A program made the translations under genes and the position numbers. Source: Spongospora subterranea f. sp. subterranea (Eukaryota). From it: a stretch of DNA of 64,000 nt. The stretch covers positions 124,001-188,000 of the forward strand of contig JAUGWO010000156.1 of assembly GCA_049724395.1 (NCBI GenBank). The letters run 5' to 3'. Every line of letters begins with the position of its first letter. The first letter of the stretch is position 1. The notes under the pieces are model-generated. The model had not been told where the DNA came from. It did not search any database and worked only from the letters and a program-made list of their open reading frames with translations. Shown piece after piece: positions 1 to 12,850 of the stretch.

Positions 1-3000
1 ATAGTCCAGCACTCACTTGTTTAGCAGGATCGCGTCTGAAGATGTTTTCATGATCTGCTTAGTAATTTCCTGCTCGTGTTGACCGTCGGACGTGATGGTA
101 AGCTTATAACCTTGCTCGAACCGCTGCTTTAGAGCCGAGCATGTTCCTAAGCGACGTCATTAACTGGAGGTCCATCCACTTTTGGCTGCTACACAATCAG
201 CATACCAATACAGCGAAGACGCGCTGAAAAAAAAATTGACAGTCAGACAAGAAACATGTTCTTTGAATTACAGCACCTCTTTCAAAGATTGCAACTCGAT
301 CGCAAAGGTTCTCTGCTTCCTCCATACTTTCATCACCGTTAGATTATAACAATGGAATTACAAAGTTCGAAAACCTATGGGTTGTCAGCATGAGTGCGCA
401 CGACTTCTTATAGTTGCTGATGACCGTCCACAAATTCTTCCGCGCCGCCGGATCGAGACCGCTGCAAAAATAAACACAGAAACTTGAACTGGCGTAAGAA
501 TGAAATCGAAATAAAAGCTGACGTTGTGGGCTCATCTAAAAGCACTACGCTCGGTTTCCCAATAAAAGCAATCGCCACACACAATCGACGCTTCATTCCT
601 GTACCAAAAATAAAATATATCAAACCTATTGGATCCAATGTTCTGCCAACCAGAATTATAAAGTTAGAGAAATGTAGATTGTCACAAAGCGGAAGCACTG
701 TCAACTCTAAAAAATAATCATCAAGTAACAAAATGTAAACGAGGGTCACGATCGGAAGAGGATTCGGAAGCTTATGAATAAACTGACCTCCACTGTATTG
801 CATCGCCAGTTTGTGGCGTACAGTGAGGAGCTCAACATCACGAAGGCTATTGACAATGGCTAAAAACACCAAGTTCAAGAAAGGCATTCAGTGGCAAAAC
901 TAATGCATCTGAATTTCCACCTTTTTCAAGTTCATCACCTGTAAGACCCTAAATTTAAAAAATGCTTCACTCAGCAAACAGTCGAAACAAACGCTCTCCA
1001 CCTGACTTTCAATTTCCCGAAGAACTCTGCAATCGGATCAGAACTTATTTACGTGGAATAACGTGAACTTTGCACTGACCAAGGTGTTCACCACCGGACA
1101 ATTCTCCCCAGACTACGTTTTCCTGGTACAGCGCATGACTTGATGCCGATTACTGAACCATTCACATCAGACTCAGTTACCTGAGGGCAAACTCCAAGGA
1201 TTGTGTGGATCGAATCCATCTCACTGCCGACGTATTTACCAAAAATCTTGGCGCTTCCAGAAGTCGGCTTCACAAATCCGCACAGCATTGAAAGCGTGGT
1301 CGACTTCCCTATCCCACCTTCATCAACCCTGGAATCGCTGGAATAACATTCAATTACCTGCTCCATTCGAACCTATATCCAAAAAAGAACTCTGTAAGAA
1401 AGCAATTACACGATGGTATTAAAAATACCTAAGAACCCAAGACATTCGCCAAATCGAACTCTCATGGACAGTCCTTTGACAGCGATTTTTTCTTGTCCAG
1501 AACCATACCCAGGGTAAACCTTCCTTAAGTTTCTCATTAAAATCGGTTCTCGACTGGAGTCGTCCAAAGCCGCTTTCGCCTCGTCAATCACGTCCTGACC
1601 TGGGTCAAGCGGATATGATAATCTGATCAGGGACCGGCCAGTAATTACGTGTCAAACCTTCATCTGGCGTATTGTCAGCAACTACAATCAGGTCGGATTG
1701 CGGTAGGGTTCCCTTGCCACGTTTCGCCAGAGCGTATGTTTGCAATCGAGTGAACGGATTTCCGTGCTAAAGAAAAACGATTTTGAGAGTGGTTGAAGCA
1801 ATTACGTTCAGGAGCGCTTACGCCGTCTATAGACCACGCTAAAACCAATATCACAATCCATTCGCAAATTAGGTATATGTAAACGGCTGATAAATGAACG
1901 TCGGGTTCGGAAAGATCAGCCATGGATAATCCGGGGTTGCCGAATTCGACGCCTTGACGAAGGCTGATCAATCCACGATAAAGGGCAAAGCTAAGGCAAT
2001 CAAGAAATAAAAATATAAATGGAAATGCCGATTTATCTGGTCGACGTACTTTGGGACAAGTTGGATGAAAAACATGGTGGTGGGCGAGGTCGATGAAGAT
2101 GAAAAAAAACTGGTGATCAACGCTGACAGAAAGTTAACCGCGGAAATCGATAGAATCTCAAAACGTTGATGAACTCACAAGAAGCAATCTGAAAAAATGT
2201 CAGGTTATAACTGAAAGTTAACATGGGGACTAGAGATTCACCATTCCAAGACCGAAAATGAGCAAATAACCGATAACCGTTGCCTTTAGAAGCAAAGAAG
2301 TTATTAAATGCTGAGGAAAATCGCGGAATAAGGAAAAACCGTTTTAGACGTGCGAAAGAATGTGGAAAGAAGAATTGCGGATGCGCATAAGACATGCCCC
2401 CAAATGAACAACAGGATAAAGTAGGAGCCGAACGCGTTTTGTGTGAAATATCGAAAACCGAGTATGGATGCGATGATGACTAGAAACATCATGGCGATTA
2501 TATATAGGGTAAAATGGAACAGGTACGTCACCAGGAAATGAACATTGTGTTTTAATCCCATCATCTTCATCGAATCCCGGATTTTGCTCTCTTTTTCGCT
2601 TGAAGTTACAAAATCAGATTCGGCATTTATCTTGAAAAAAGCGAGTTTTTACCTGACTAAATTGTACATGAATACGGGAAGAAGCATTGAAAATATATAG
2701 ATATAGATAGACGGGCCAATTAAACTAATCAAATCAAACTCGACCTTCGTTTTGGGAGACGGGAACATTTTCGTTCCTGAACTTTGAACTTGTGCAGCTC
2801 TGGTAATGGGTTGGGACCCATTTCGAGAGGCGAGCATTCGATATATAGCATTAGACATGAGCCCGCTCAACGCAGGCATATCTATGTTGGGAATGGGTTA
2901 TAACGTGTCCAATGCCCTAACCATCAGGTAAAACCTTGTAGATCAGTAAGCGTCTTGTTTACCACGATATCGTAATTCATTCGATTGTCCCCAGCTTCGT

Positions 3001-3840
3001 TAATGACTAAACCGCCAACGAACGAATCGTTGTTATTCCATCCCTAGGCGGTAACGGTTGATTTTCGTTGAATCTTAATCACTTCCTGAACTCACTTTAT
3101 ACAAGCGATCATCGGCTTCTTGTTTAGACGACGCCACAGCAAAGTTGAGTTTGGTGATCAAAATTGGGCTGTTTGTGCAAAGGGTCGCCGGCTGAGACCC
3201 TCGGGAGAATCTTTTGATTGCATTGAACGCAATGACGCCTTGGCGAGAATATGATTGACTTGGCAGCATAAATTTCGACAGCAACCCTGTCTAGCGAAAT
3301 TAACATCGGGAGGGCCGCATTTATAGAGCAGAAACACCGTTTGATTGCTCGTTCAAGATTCCCAGACCGAAGTCCAGCATGAGAAAGCGCCCGAGTTTAT
3401 CATTGGTCGAAAGAGACGCTGGGCCAGAACAGGAACTGTTTGGCGTCCATAACCTGCTCGACACAATAAATTAGTCAAAGTCTTATTCTGAGCTGGCCCC
3501 GAAAACGGAATACAGTAAATGTGGAGGAATAACAGGCGGATGATTAATAGCAGGGATGAATTCCCCGAAACTGTCCTGCACGACAGAGTTTACAAACAGT
3601 TGCAGGCCGAACAGGAGTAATCTATTTTTGGTGGTCAAAAAACAGGCAGTTCAAGCCGGTTATGCTTCATACATCATTGATAGTGGGAACAATAATTGAC
3701 ATATATTGGTCTTATACCTATATGATAATCAGGAAACGTTGTGAAAACGCCCAGCAATAGTCGAAAACCCACTGCCGTTTTTGAACTAAAAAAGATTTCC
3801 TGAACAGCGCTTTGATTTGAATCGATAGTCTTTGCCCCAT
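1..3840 (-). CDS. ABC transporter subfamily A, multi-exon, 3' end runs off the window
   Basis: ATG at 3840 gives MGQRLSIQIKALFRKSFLVQKRQW (ABCA-type N-terminus). Exons encode KMMGL TM region, NLRKVY..AVKGL, GKSTT Walker A, LGVCPQ, YSGGMKRRL signature, LLDEPT(S)GLDP and LTTH(S)MEEAE. Many short GT-AG introns. Confidence 0.93.
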
Positions 3841-4301
3841 TAGTCGATGGCGATCAACAAAAGGGTCGAAAAACTGTGGAGAATTTCCATTCGGACTCGC
3901 CGATGTGATGCTATTCCCTGATCCAATAGGGTGTGTTATGATCCTTTCCTGAGAGAATATGAGATGGGATGACAGATACCGAATTCGGCCAGGGGTTGAC
4001 GACTATCCATCCTCATAAAACATGCAAAACCAGTTCCCGATTGCAGTGTGTTAACTCCTCCTATTTGACTGCGTTATGTGGGCCCAACTCTGTCCCTTTC
4101 TACTCTCTGTGCTGTGTTACCACAGAAGGAGCCGGCCCGAGGTCCACCTCTATCGGGGAAATGGAATCGTAAATAGTTCGACGTTGTTCTATTTTATGTT
4201 GCATAGGAAGCAGTCAATTTGACTGTGCCTGTCCTATTGGGGATAGTTGGTGGGTCTGGGAGATCACTAGTGATATTCTGATATCACACGTCATGATCAC
4301 T

Positions 4302-4452
4302 TGTTAAGAGACATAACCAGCAGATGGCGCATCATGCCGTTCATGGTGTGCCAGTATAAAGTGGCGGCTCCTTCAGGGTCTTCACCGCCATGTAAGTCAT
4401 GATCACACCATGAACGGCTTGATGCGCCATCTGCTGGTTATGTCTCTTAACA
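4302..4452. repeat. Near-perfect inverted repeat (49-bp arms, 53-nt spacer); MITE-like or hairpin RNA
   Basis: 4302-4350 tgttaagagacataaccagcagatggcgcatcatgccgttcatggtgtg is the reverse complement of 4404-4452 with one mismatch. The spacer holds an inner tggcgg/ccgcca stem. Confidence 0.9.
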
Positions 4453-5201
4453 TGTGTAGGAGATGGTTCATGACCTCCATCAGTAGGTGGTGGAGTGGAC
4501 CTCCTCGATCAACAACAGCCTCATGGTCACTTAATATGAAAATTGATTCACTTTTTTAGAAGCCCGTTTTGGTCCCAATCGCCACCCAAAACTGATACCG
4601 ACTCCAGAAGCAATCGACCGCTTGATAATATGGGCGGGTGTCGACTTCAGATACTGGGTCAATGTGTTCGGTCTGCCTGCCTTGCCACCAACTAGATACG
4701 CTGATAATCATATACTATCACGAGCGGCGTTCCCTTGACGTCCTGGCAAACATTGCCCGATCCTATAGCTATATTCGCATACGACCGTTCTACTCGACAG
4801 CCATTTGATCAAAGAATGCACATATCGATGGAAGCACGGTCCAATCATTATGAGAACCTGATATTCATTGGCCCGTGACGCCTGACTACCCCCCGATAAT
4901 CATTACCGATTTCGACACTCTCCATATTGAACTTTGATTTGTCAGGGTTGTGGCATATTACCGAGAGGCAATGCAGGCGATCAACCAACCATCGTCTGGT
5001 AATTAATAAAACAGCACAGGTAGTAACGACGGCACGTTACCGGTATCTGGCGATACTCTGTACAGTACGTACTTGTACAGTTCGAGGAGATGAGGGTCCG
5101 CACGGACTTGTTAATGTGCCATCTGTTAGGGTTTTCAATCATAGACAATCTCCAAAATTAATCACCCCAACTCAATAGGGGTTGTTTAGTTCCAGGAAGA
5201 A

Positions 5202-6238
5202 ATGGCGTTCATAGATGATATGGAGGTTGAGGGGATAACCTGTACCGATGATCAGACGACCTCAATTGTATGTGCCGTTCTCAGGGAGATTGGTCTAGAC
5301 CCATTGATATCTTGTGTGTGTGTCCCGATATCAGACCGGTGATGAGAACCAGTCTCTGGACAACGATATTCCAAGTGAACCGGATATACTCACCGATGAT
5401 CACGATTATGATCATGACGACAGATCAGTTCAATACGTTCAAGAATATCGCAACAAATGTCGGTCGACTCTATTTCCCCGTCCGATATTTCCCATCTCCG
5501 AATTGTTGTTCTCCATCGGATTCCTTCGTTTATTTTCTCTTCCATTTTGCCAATCTATTCGTGTCCTAATTCGCGATTTTTATAGGGGACGAGATGTCAT
5601 TCCGACGCCATCTCCTTCTGCCCCATATCATCAGTGGGTATTTACAGCTCTCGTTCAATCTGGTCATGATTTCCTTCATCATGTACGCACTGGCGAGTTT
5701 CGTGTCTAGTGTCCATGGCGATATCGACAGCAAGGTCAGCGAATACTCTGGCGCCATCCTCAACGAGATCGCCGAATGCCACAACAACCATCGCGCCAAC
5801 CTATGTGGGACGCCGGCCGAGGTTCCCGTTCTTCGCCCAACGTGTGCAATGTGGGAGCGATGTATGGCTCGTGATCCGACGACCGTCGCGCGAACCAAAC
5901 TGTCAGCACATACGATCGGGGAGATCCTCAACAACTTCGTCGAACCGTTATCCTACAAGGCGATGGGTTTCTTCACATTTTTCCTGTTCTGTTTCATCAT
6001 CGCGTCGAATATCGCGTTCAAGCTCGGCGCTTCTAAGCCGGTTATCGCATCGGCGTCGTCGTTGGTGCCGGAATGGAACGCGGATGATTCCAGGAGACAG
6101 GCGCCATTGACCATTCGTCAACGGCGACCTTCATCGGGTTATCGGAAGATGATCCAATCGGCGGATGTCACACGATATATTGAACCGGCCAACGCCACAA
6201 TAACTATCGCCCATCAAATGCATTTATCTATTTCCTAA
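5202..6238 (+). CDS. BRR6: Brl1/Brr6 family nuclear envelope protein
   Basis: PHIISGYLQLSFN TM1, four-cysteine luminal region (ECHNNHRANLC...PTCAMWERCMARDP), TKLSAHTIGEILNNFVEPLSYK and TM2 match the Brr6_like_C_C domain. 5' exons are inferred (ATG 5202, intron about 5459-5585). Confidence 0.88.
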
Positions 6239-6460
6239 TCGGTGTCGTCGTCATATCTGGCACACAGGGGATCGCCACCAAGACCGTCCTTACCAAACTA
6301 TTATCTTATTCCCAATACAACACGTAGTTGGGCTGTTGAATTTCGGTGTGTTTCTCAACATTGTGTTGTAATGATCGGGACCGGAACATGTTCTGGCCCA
6401 ATATTAATGGAGATGGGGTGTAAACAGGGTGTCCAAATGGGATGGTGATCTTGAATGTAT

Positions 6461-8495
6461 TTATGATATTGTGATGAAGAATACAGTGAGCACTGACGAT
6501 AATATCGCGACACCAACTGCGATCACAACCGGTTGCGCTTTCGATGACTGTTTGGCGCCGTCTTTGTTGACAGGAGATGTGGTTAATAACTGTGTTTGCT
6601 GTCCCCCTGGTGATGATGTTGTGATCGATCCCGGGCTGGTATTGGTATTGTTCCCCCCGTTCAGGAACCAATCATATCTCCCCTGCATACACTCCTCGAC
6701 CGTCACGAATCGCCTGAACCCTTTGGTCATGGCGTAATTGATCGAGGTGGCCACGAGATTAGCGCTGGCCACGATATCATTATGAAGGAGGAGAACGCCT
6801 GTGATGATGCGGACTGTGATGATGGTGGTGATGATGAGGACGATGAACTAACCTCCTGCTCTAGCTGGGTCCATCTTGTCAATCCTCGCTTGAATACGGC
6901 TCCAGATCAACGGACCGTTATCCTGGTTGAAGTAATCTGAACAGGAAACGGAGTGAGAAGGAATATATCAACCGGGAACAGAAATTGTTTTCGCCAAAAT
7001 TTGGTGTTTCTGAAAAGTGTCACGACGAAGGGCGAATCGGGGGTGAACACCTGTTGAATCGATATCCCATATAATTGAGACATATCCCATATCGTGTAGG
7101 ATCTGGCGAACTCGTGGATCCTGATGGCCAAATGGGGGACGGAACCATCGGGTCGTCACCCCAAGACGCTCTTTCAACGCTTTATCGGTCAGTTCCATCT
7201 CGGTTCGGATGACACTTTCTGGCAATTCCAACAGATCCTATCGATTGGGGGATGATATCAGGGGGAGGGCCGATCTCATGAGAACGGGGAGAGATATTTA
7301 CAGGATGGGTGAAGGTGTGGGCGGCGACCTGGTGACCTTCGGCCATCAGGCGCTTCATGGCGACATCGTTTTCGGATAGATCGCCACCGATCTATAACAC
7401 CAATCACTGACATATCCCATTCATTGGATCCATTATCCCTCACCTGGAATACTGTGCACTTCGCGTTCAACGCCTTCAGATCGTCAAGAATTTTATTTAC
7501 TATCACCCACAAACCCGATTTTATCACCAAAATTGACTCAACAATTGTGAAAAGAATTGGAAGATATCGAGATGTGAATTCTAATTGAGTTCAATTTTGA
7601 CGATCGTTCTCGATCTGATCAAAACCTAATCTGTAAATCGCAATGTGAGACTGACAATTTCCTGATTTTTGGTTATCGAATGTGACCGCCATTGTATATG
7701 GTTCAACACAGCTGTAAGCGGTTGGGTTCTGGCGAACCATTGGGGGCGATGGGAACGGGGCCGGATCGGTTGTGAACTCGATATTCCCGACCTGAACCGT
7801 GTTGACCGGCTTGACGGGTTGGCTATAGATCCCCGATATGAACAACTGGAACACACAATTCGTGATCGTCAGATCAACTCGACCCTGATGAGTTTATCGC
7901 CACGAACCTGGGCCAGATTACCAAGGTCCACATCGAAATGGGATAGTGGGATATAGATGGTTTGCCCTGTTCCATCGAATACCTGTTTCTGTGTGTAATA
8001 TGAGGCCTGAGCTGAACCGGTAGCGGTGACATATGGGTTTAGATCAAGACGGCAATCGCTAAACCCTGATCAGCAATTCAGAGCGGATCAGATCATCGCA
8101 GGAACAACATTAAACAGCTCATGTCGACAACAAATCGGGTATTTGAAAAACTTTAGAACGAGATTGGATTGCCGAATAATTGCGATTGTTAACGAATGAT
8201 GTGGTGATGGACCTTGTCGGAGATCAATGGTGAAATCCTGATCAGGTTGAGCCCAAACCGTCATCCGAAGGGCGGTGAATGGTTTGAGATCGTGACAACC
8301 GGTTGGGAATGTGAATCGGAGATAGGAATCGTGATTGGGGGCGGTCAACTGGTAGATCCCATGGGATGGCGATACCAATGGCTCCATTGTCCCATCGTCT
8401 TCACCGGTTGATGGGATGTCCTCGACGCGTAGCGCCATGGACAGATGGCCTAGCGCCGCCACCACCACCACCAACAGGATCCACGATCGGTTCAT
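6461..8495 (-). CDS. Secreted, probably GPI-anchored CE4 (NodB) polysaccharide/chitin deacetylase-like protein with an N-terminal beta-rich domain
   Basis: Signal peptide MNRSWILLVVVVAALG; SCVEPYTMAVTFD, ILDDLKALNAKCTVF, GHQVAAHTFTHP (motif 2), WFRPPFG (motif 3), WDIDST, LLLHND (motif 5), FVTVEEC; S/T-rich linker and hydrophobic C-terminus. Confidence 0.88.
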
Positions 8496-10237
8496 TGAGA
8501 TGTGCTGACGGAAAACGGAAATGGCAAACAGGTATGACCATCGCGAAGGCATATCTGGACAAGATGGCGCGCGCCCCCCTTAACATGTTCATATCCAACA
8601 ACACAACCAACAGGTCCTTAACACCCAGGGGCGATGGCGCGTGTCTGAACCTTATTCAACCAATGATCTCACAATTAATAAAGCCCCTCATTGATTGGAA
8701 TCGCTATCGGGAGTTGGCGTCTGGCCGTTCAACCAGACCCAGATTAGGGAAAAATGGCCCAGGAACCCTAATTGGCCATTGAATGAAGATGCGGTTGATG
8801 GAAATCGGACAATTCATCGTTATCGAATCTGTGTGAATAATGAATAGCCATTGGTCCCCGTTATATCGCAGACCCTGATGATATATCGCGATTAAGGGCC
8901 AACAGGGGCTACAACACTTGTCTGTGCTAAACCCCATTCATGGCGTATTTCGCCGCTGTTGGGTAATCAAACACCAGTGATCGTTGGAGAGGGAGAAGAG
9001 TATAATTGGGGATATGAAGTAATGAACCGTATTGTGATTGTGTCAATCAGCAAATACAATGAATTTGCCCGTTATTACCCCTTATGACAAAAGAAACCTT
9101 ACCAGGTACAATACTGGCGGAAGAGAAGAACCCAGTGAATGCAGTTAATTGCAATACCATTGTCAACGACGGTTTCAATATTGCCATGATCGAGACCACG
9201 AGTGACTTCAATGACCCTGTTGGCTAGTTCGGTCAAAGTCGTTTAGCAATACCCACCAATGTCTCAGATGGTCATTAATTGACGCCAAAACCGCCTTTGG
9301 GCCCTTTCGTTCACTGCATCACAGCACATGACAATATCTCTAGTGGATTATGATTGAGGGAGGGCGGAACGCCACCTCAATCGTATGGAGAACAACCTCT
9401 CATGGTCAACCAGTAATCCTTTAACCGAGTGTCATTATTCAGCAACTTCACATGATCGGAAAGGCGTTTGATCATCATTTAACAGTGGTGAACACCACAT
9501 TGTTCCAGCGTCCAATTCGGTCCTATTTTGATTAGGATCTGAGGGCGTTTATTGAAAATGTGTAGTCGATAGAGATTATGACTGTGTCCTACGATATTCG
9601 CTAAGGTCGGCCCTGATCGTAATCCAGGCCATTCCTTTTCGCCATCTCACAATATCCACTAGCCAAATAGGATCGTACAGCTGGATTCCATTGACCAATG
9701 GCGACAGATGTTATCGACAACCGATGGCCAAATATCGCCAGCTATATCGCCGAACCAAAAACAAGGACAACTTCACCGATGGACAATATCATTGACCGCT
9801 CCACAACGACGATTTGAAACGCGAAATGGATTGACTTGATTTGATCTGCTGTAGGTGTGAACAGATCCCATTGTGAGGGCGTTATCTATAACCAGCGCCA
9901 TATGGGCCAGGGGAAACCAAGACAGTAAACAATACGTGATTCATTTTCTTGTTGAACCGATCGACCACCACGATTCACAATAACCAACACGCGTCGATGT
10001 CGATAAAGGAAATGCTCCTGATGATATAGTCAACGCCAGCACAGATATCATCTGTCGAATATGTGAACAATGTGAACGATCAACAGATAAAGCGATTATT
10101 GTGCAATTAGCGATGATGACGATGATGATCACGGTCGACTGGTCATCTCGATATTTAATTTGGAATGGAGTGGAATGGTGAAGATCATCTCGCCAAGAAC
10201 ATTTCGTAGCGTCCCTTCGACCTGAACCAATCATCAA

Positions 10238-12618
10238 TCACATCCCACGACCCAACGATTCCATCACCCTCCGAACCTGTTCGAGTTTCTGATTGATATC
10301 GTTAGCGGATAAGGCGAAGGCGGCTCTCCAGATCACTTCCAGGATGGTCTTCTGATCGCCATCGCCATCAGTAAAAGCGACCGTCTTCACGTAATCAAGG
10401 GAAAGCTCCTGAAATGGAAGAGGCGGCATCGGCGTCCCCGAATAAAGAACGGTCGCCAAGATGTAAAACCGATTGGCGACTTCAGCGGCAACGGTCGGGT
10501 CAAATCCGGATATTGGTCGACACCCTAGAGCCTGTCTGCACAATTCCATCCGCTCCAACAATCGTCTGGTGGCCGAGGAGCAGATCGGCGTACTGGTGTT
10601 TGGGGAAACGATCCCCGAACAGACTGGGCTCGGCCTGGGCTTGTTCGAATAACGGCAACAGAACCGTCCGGTGCAGGCGAAGAATGTGTTTGTGCAGCGG
10701 GAGAACGTGATCGTCGTCACATTGGTGAAGGATCCGCCCGTATAATATTCCAAGACAGACGAGCTCCCCGGCCAAATGCGACCGGAGGCTGTCCCTTGCC
10801 AGGATCGGCGAGATCACGATCATGAACGTCCACGAGATCATCAACGCGATCAGCGTCTGAACGCAGACGTTCAGCGTTGCGGTCCATAACGGATCCGCCG
10901 CCAATAACGGATCGCGTAATCGCCCAACCGTGTTGATGATGATGTTCCCGAACGTCAACTGAGCGGATATCGACATGGACTTAGTGTGCGGCGACGCGCC
11001 CAGACGGAAATAATAGGTGACGAGGGCGAAGATGAGAGAGATGGCGGCGAGGACCACAGCGTTATCGCCACCGATTACAACGGCGATCAGGCCGACGATG
11101 GCGCCGATCAACGAGCCGATGATTCGGAAATGTGACGGCGGCGTTGACCCCGCCCAGCGTTGGCGTCATGATGACAGATGAGGTGATCATTGTCCAGGTG
11201 CCGATATAGGTCAGGAAGAACGGACGGGAGCGGACGAAGAAGGCGGGAAGGGCTTCAACGCAGAGCGCCAACATCAGTTTAACAGCGAAGACGGCGTCGC
11301 GGCGTCCTTGGTCGTTATCGAACCCCAGCGAACGGCAGCAGCGACGAACGCGACGATTGTAGCGAGCGTTGCGAAGGCGGGCTTCGCTCAAGAAACCGTA
11401 GTCGACCGAGCGTCGATAGCGATGAACAACGTCGAGAGAAGGCCATTGCAGGCGTGCTCTAGCTGGGGAATTATCCGCGATGCATCGATGGATCTGTAAA
11501 GCAGAATTGGCCACGGTCGTCAAGCGAAACACGAAGATCAGAATCCCGAAAGCGTTCGTGGGATTTTCCTTGAAAAAGGCGGATTCGTTGGCGACGAGTT
11601 TGTCCAACGCATCGAGATCGGCTCGAACTCGACTGGCTTTGTGAGAGGAGGGAGGCGATGGCGTATTGCAGGTGGAATTGAGGGAGTAGACGGCGATGGC
11701 ATCGGCCAGCAGGTCGTCAACCGACTGACACAGACACGATACCGGCTGGCGAAATCGTTCACGGACAGCGATGGCGTCCTCGATGTCGAACGGGAGGTTG
11801 ATGAGCGAGCAATGGCGCCAATACGATATACCATAGAGCTGATCGATCATATCTTGGATCAGATACGACAACTCACGACAGGCGCTTAAGGGCATCTTGG
11901 CCAGATAGAGCTCGAGAGACGCCGATCTGGTCAATGATCGTAAATACGTTATGGAGTTCGATAGGTCGTTGAGGAGGGTTTCCAGATCAAGTTGCTCATT
12001 GGCGGTTTGGAAGGCGGCCAGGTCGGTTTTGGCCAGGGCCAGGTCAGCGGTGAAGAACGCATCGAACGCATGAGGGATGATGACTTGAACGGAGCGCATC
12101 GACTGATGAATCTGTTTTCGTAGGATATGGGACGATGAGGGCGGGAAGGCGATAGCTGATGTGAGGAACACCAGAGCCGACGATGTTGAGAATACTGTCA
12201 CAAATTGCAGAATGGTCCTGAGCTCGATCATGTTGGTGTCGGACATGACCAGGATGACCTGAGTGGCGATTGATGCAGTGACGCTCGCTGCGAAATGGCG
12301 TTGTGGCGCTCGCATTCGATACAGACCGAACAGGAAGTTCAGGATGATGAACCCGAACAGGCGGACCAGGGATGAACCCGACATGAAGGGGATTATACTG
12401 AGGATTGAGCCAACAACGGCACCGGCGACGGCCGAGAATGATTCACGGAATAGGTCGCCGAGTGGGCGAACAGCGTCAAAGACGATAAACAGGAGAATTG
12501 GAAGGAGAGATCTGTTGATGGATAGAAAGGACGATATCGGATGGAAAAGGGATATGAATATGATGAGGGCGAACCCGATCGCTGATGATACGGTGCGCAT
12601 ATCGAGTTTGCCCGACAT
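10238..12618 (-). CDS. FUSC/ArAE/ALMT-like multi-pass membrane protein, interrupted by two +1 frame breaks
   Basis: Two TM blocks separated by a helical region. FAVKLMLAL..LPAF..GTWTMITSSVIMTPTLGG..RIIGSLIGA resembles FUSC_2/ArAE family motifs. Three overlapping ORFs join after removing one base near 11128 and one near 10575. Confidence 0.72.
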
Positions 12619-12829
12619 TGGACGATATTAAATTATTGCCCGACAATGGTCAACAGCACAAGGGGCATAACTTGATGAGCTCTATATTAATCTACAATTA
12701 ACCTGTTCAACTGATGGTCGTACGGTTCAAATAACAGTACGACACAACCAGATCAAGTAAATTAGGGGCGATGGGGTTAAACGGCAGAGATGTGTTCGGT
12801 GCAGTGTCTGGATGTAGCCACGAGGAGAT

Positions 12830-12850
12830 GGTCTGGTCTGGTCTGGTCTG
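12830..12850. repeat. (GGTCT)4 microsatellite
   Basis: ggtctggtctggtctggtctg read directly. Confidence 0.75.

Noticed and set aside
3900..4900. Tc1/mariner-like words (IIWAGV, NPWPNS) around the hairpin
   Set aside because: They are too short, on different strands, and lack DDE or SPDLNPIE context.
5455..5610. Apparent frameshift between the 5314 and 5594 ORFs of BRR6
   Set aside because: A phase-1 intron GTCGGT...TATAG (about 5459-5585) joins the exons in frame (NKWDEMSFRRH), so no frameshift is needed.
8900..9190. Possible small secreted peptide gene (MAILKPSLTMVLQLTAFTGFFSSASIVP followed by a GTAAGG donor, minus strand)
   Set aside because: No convincing downstream exon could be built, so it is unsupported without RNA-seq.
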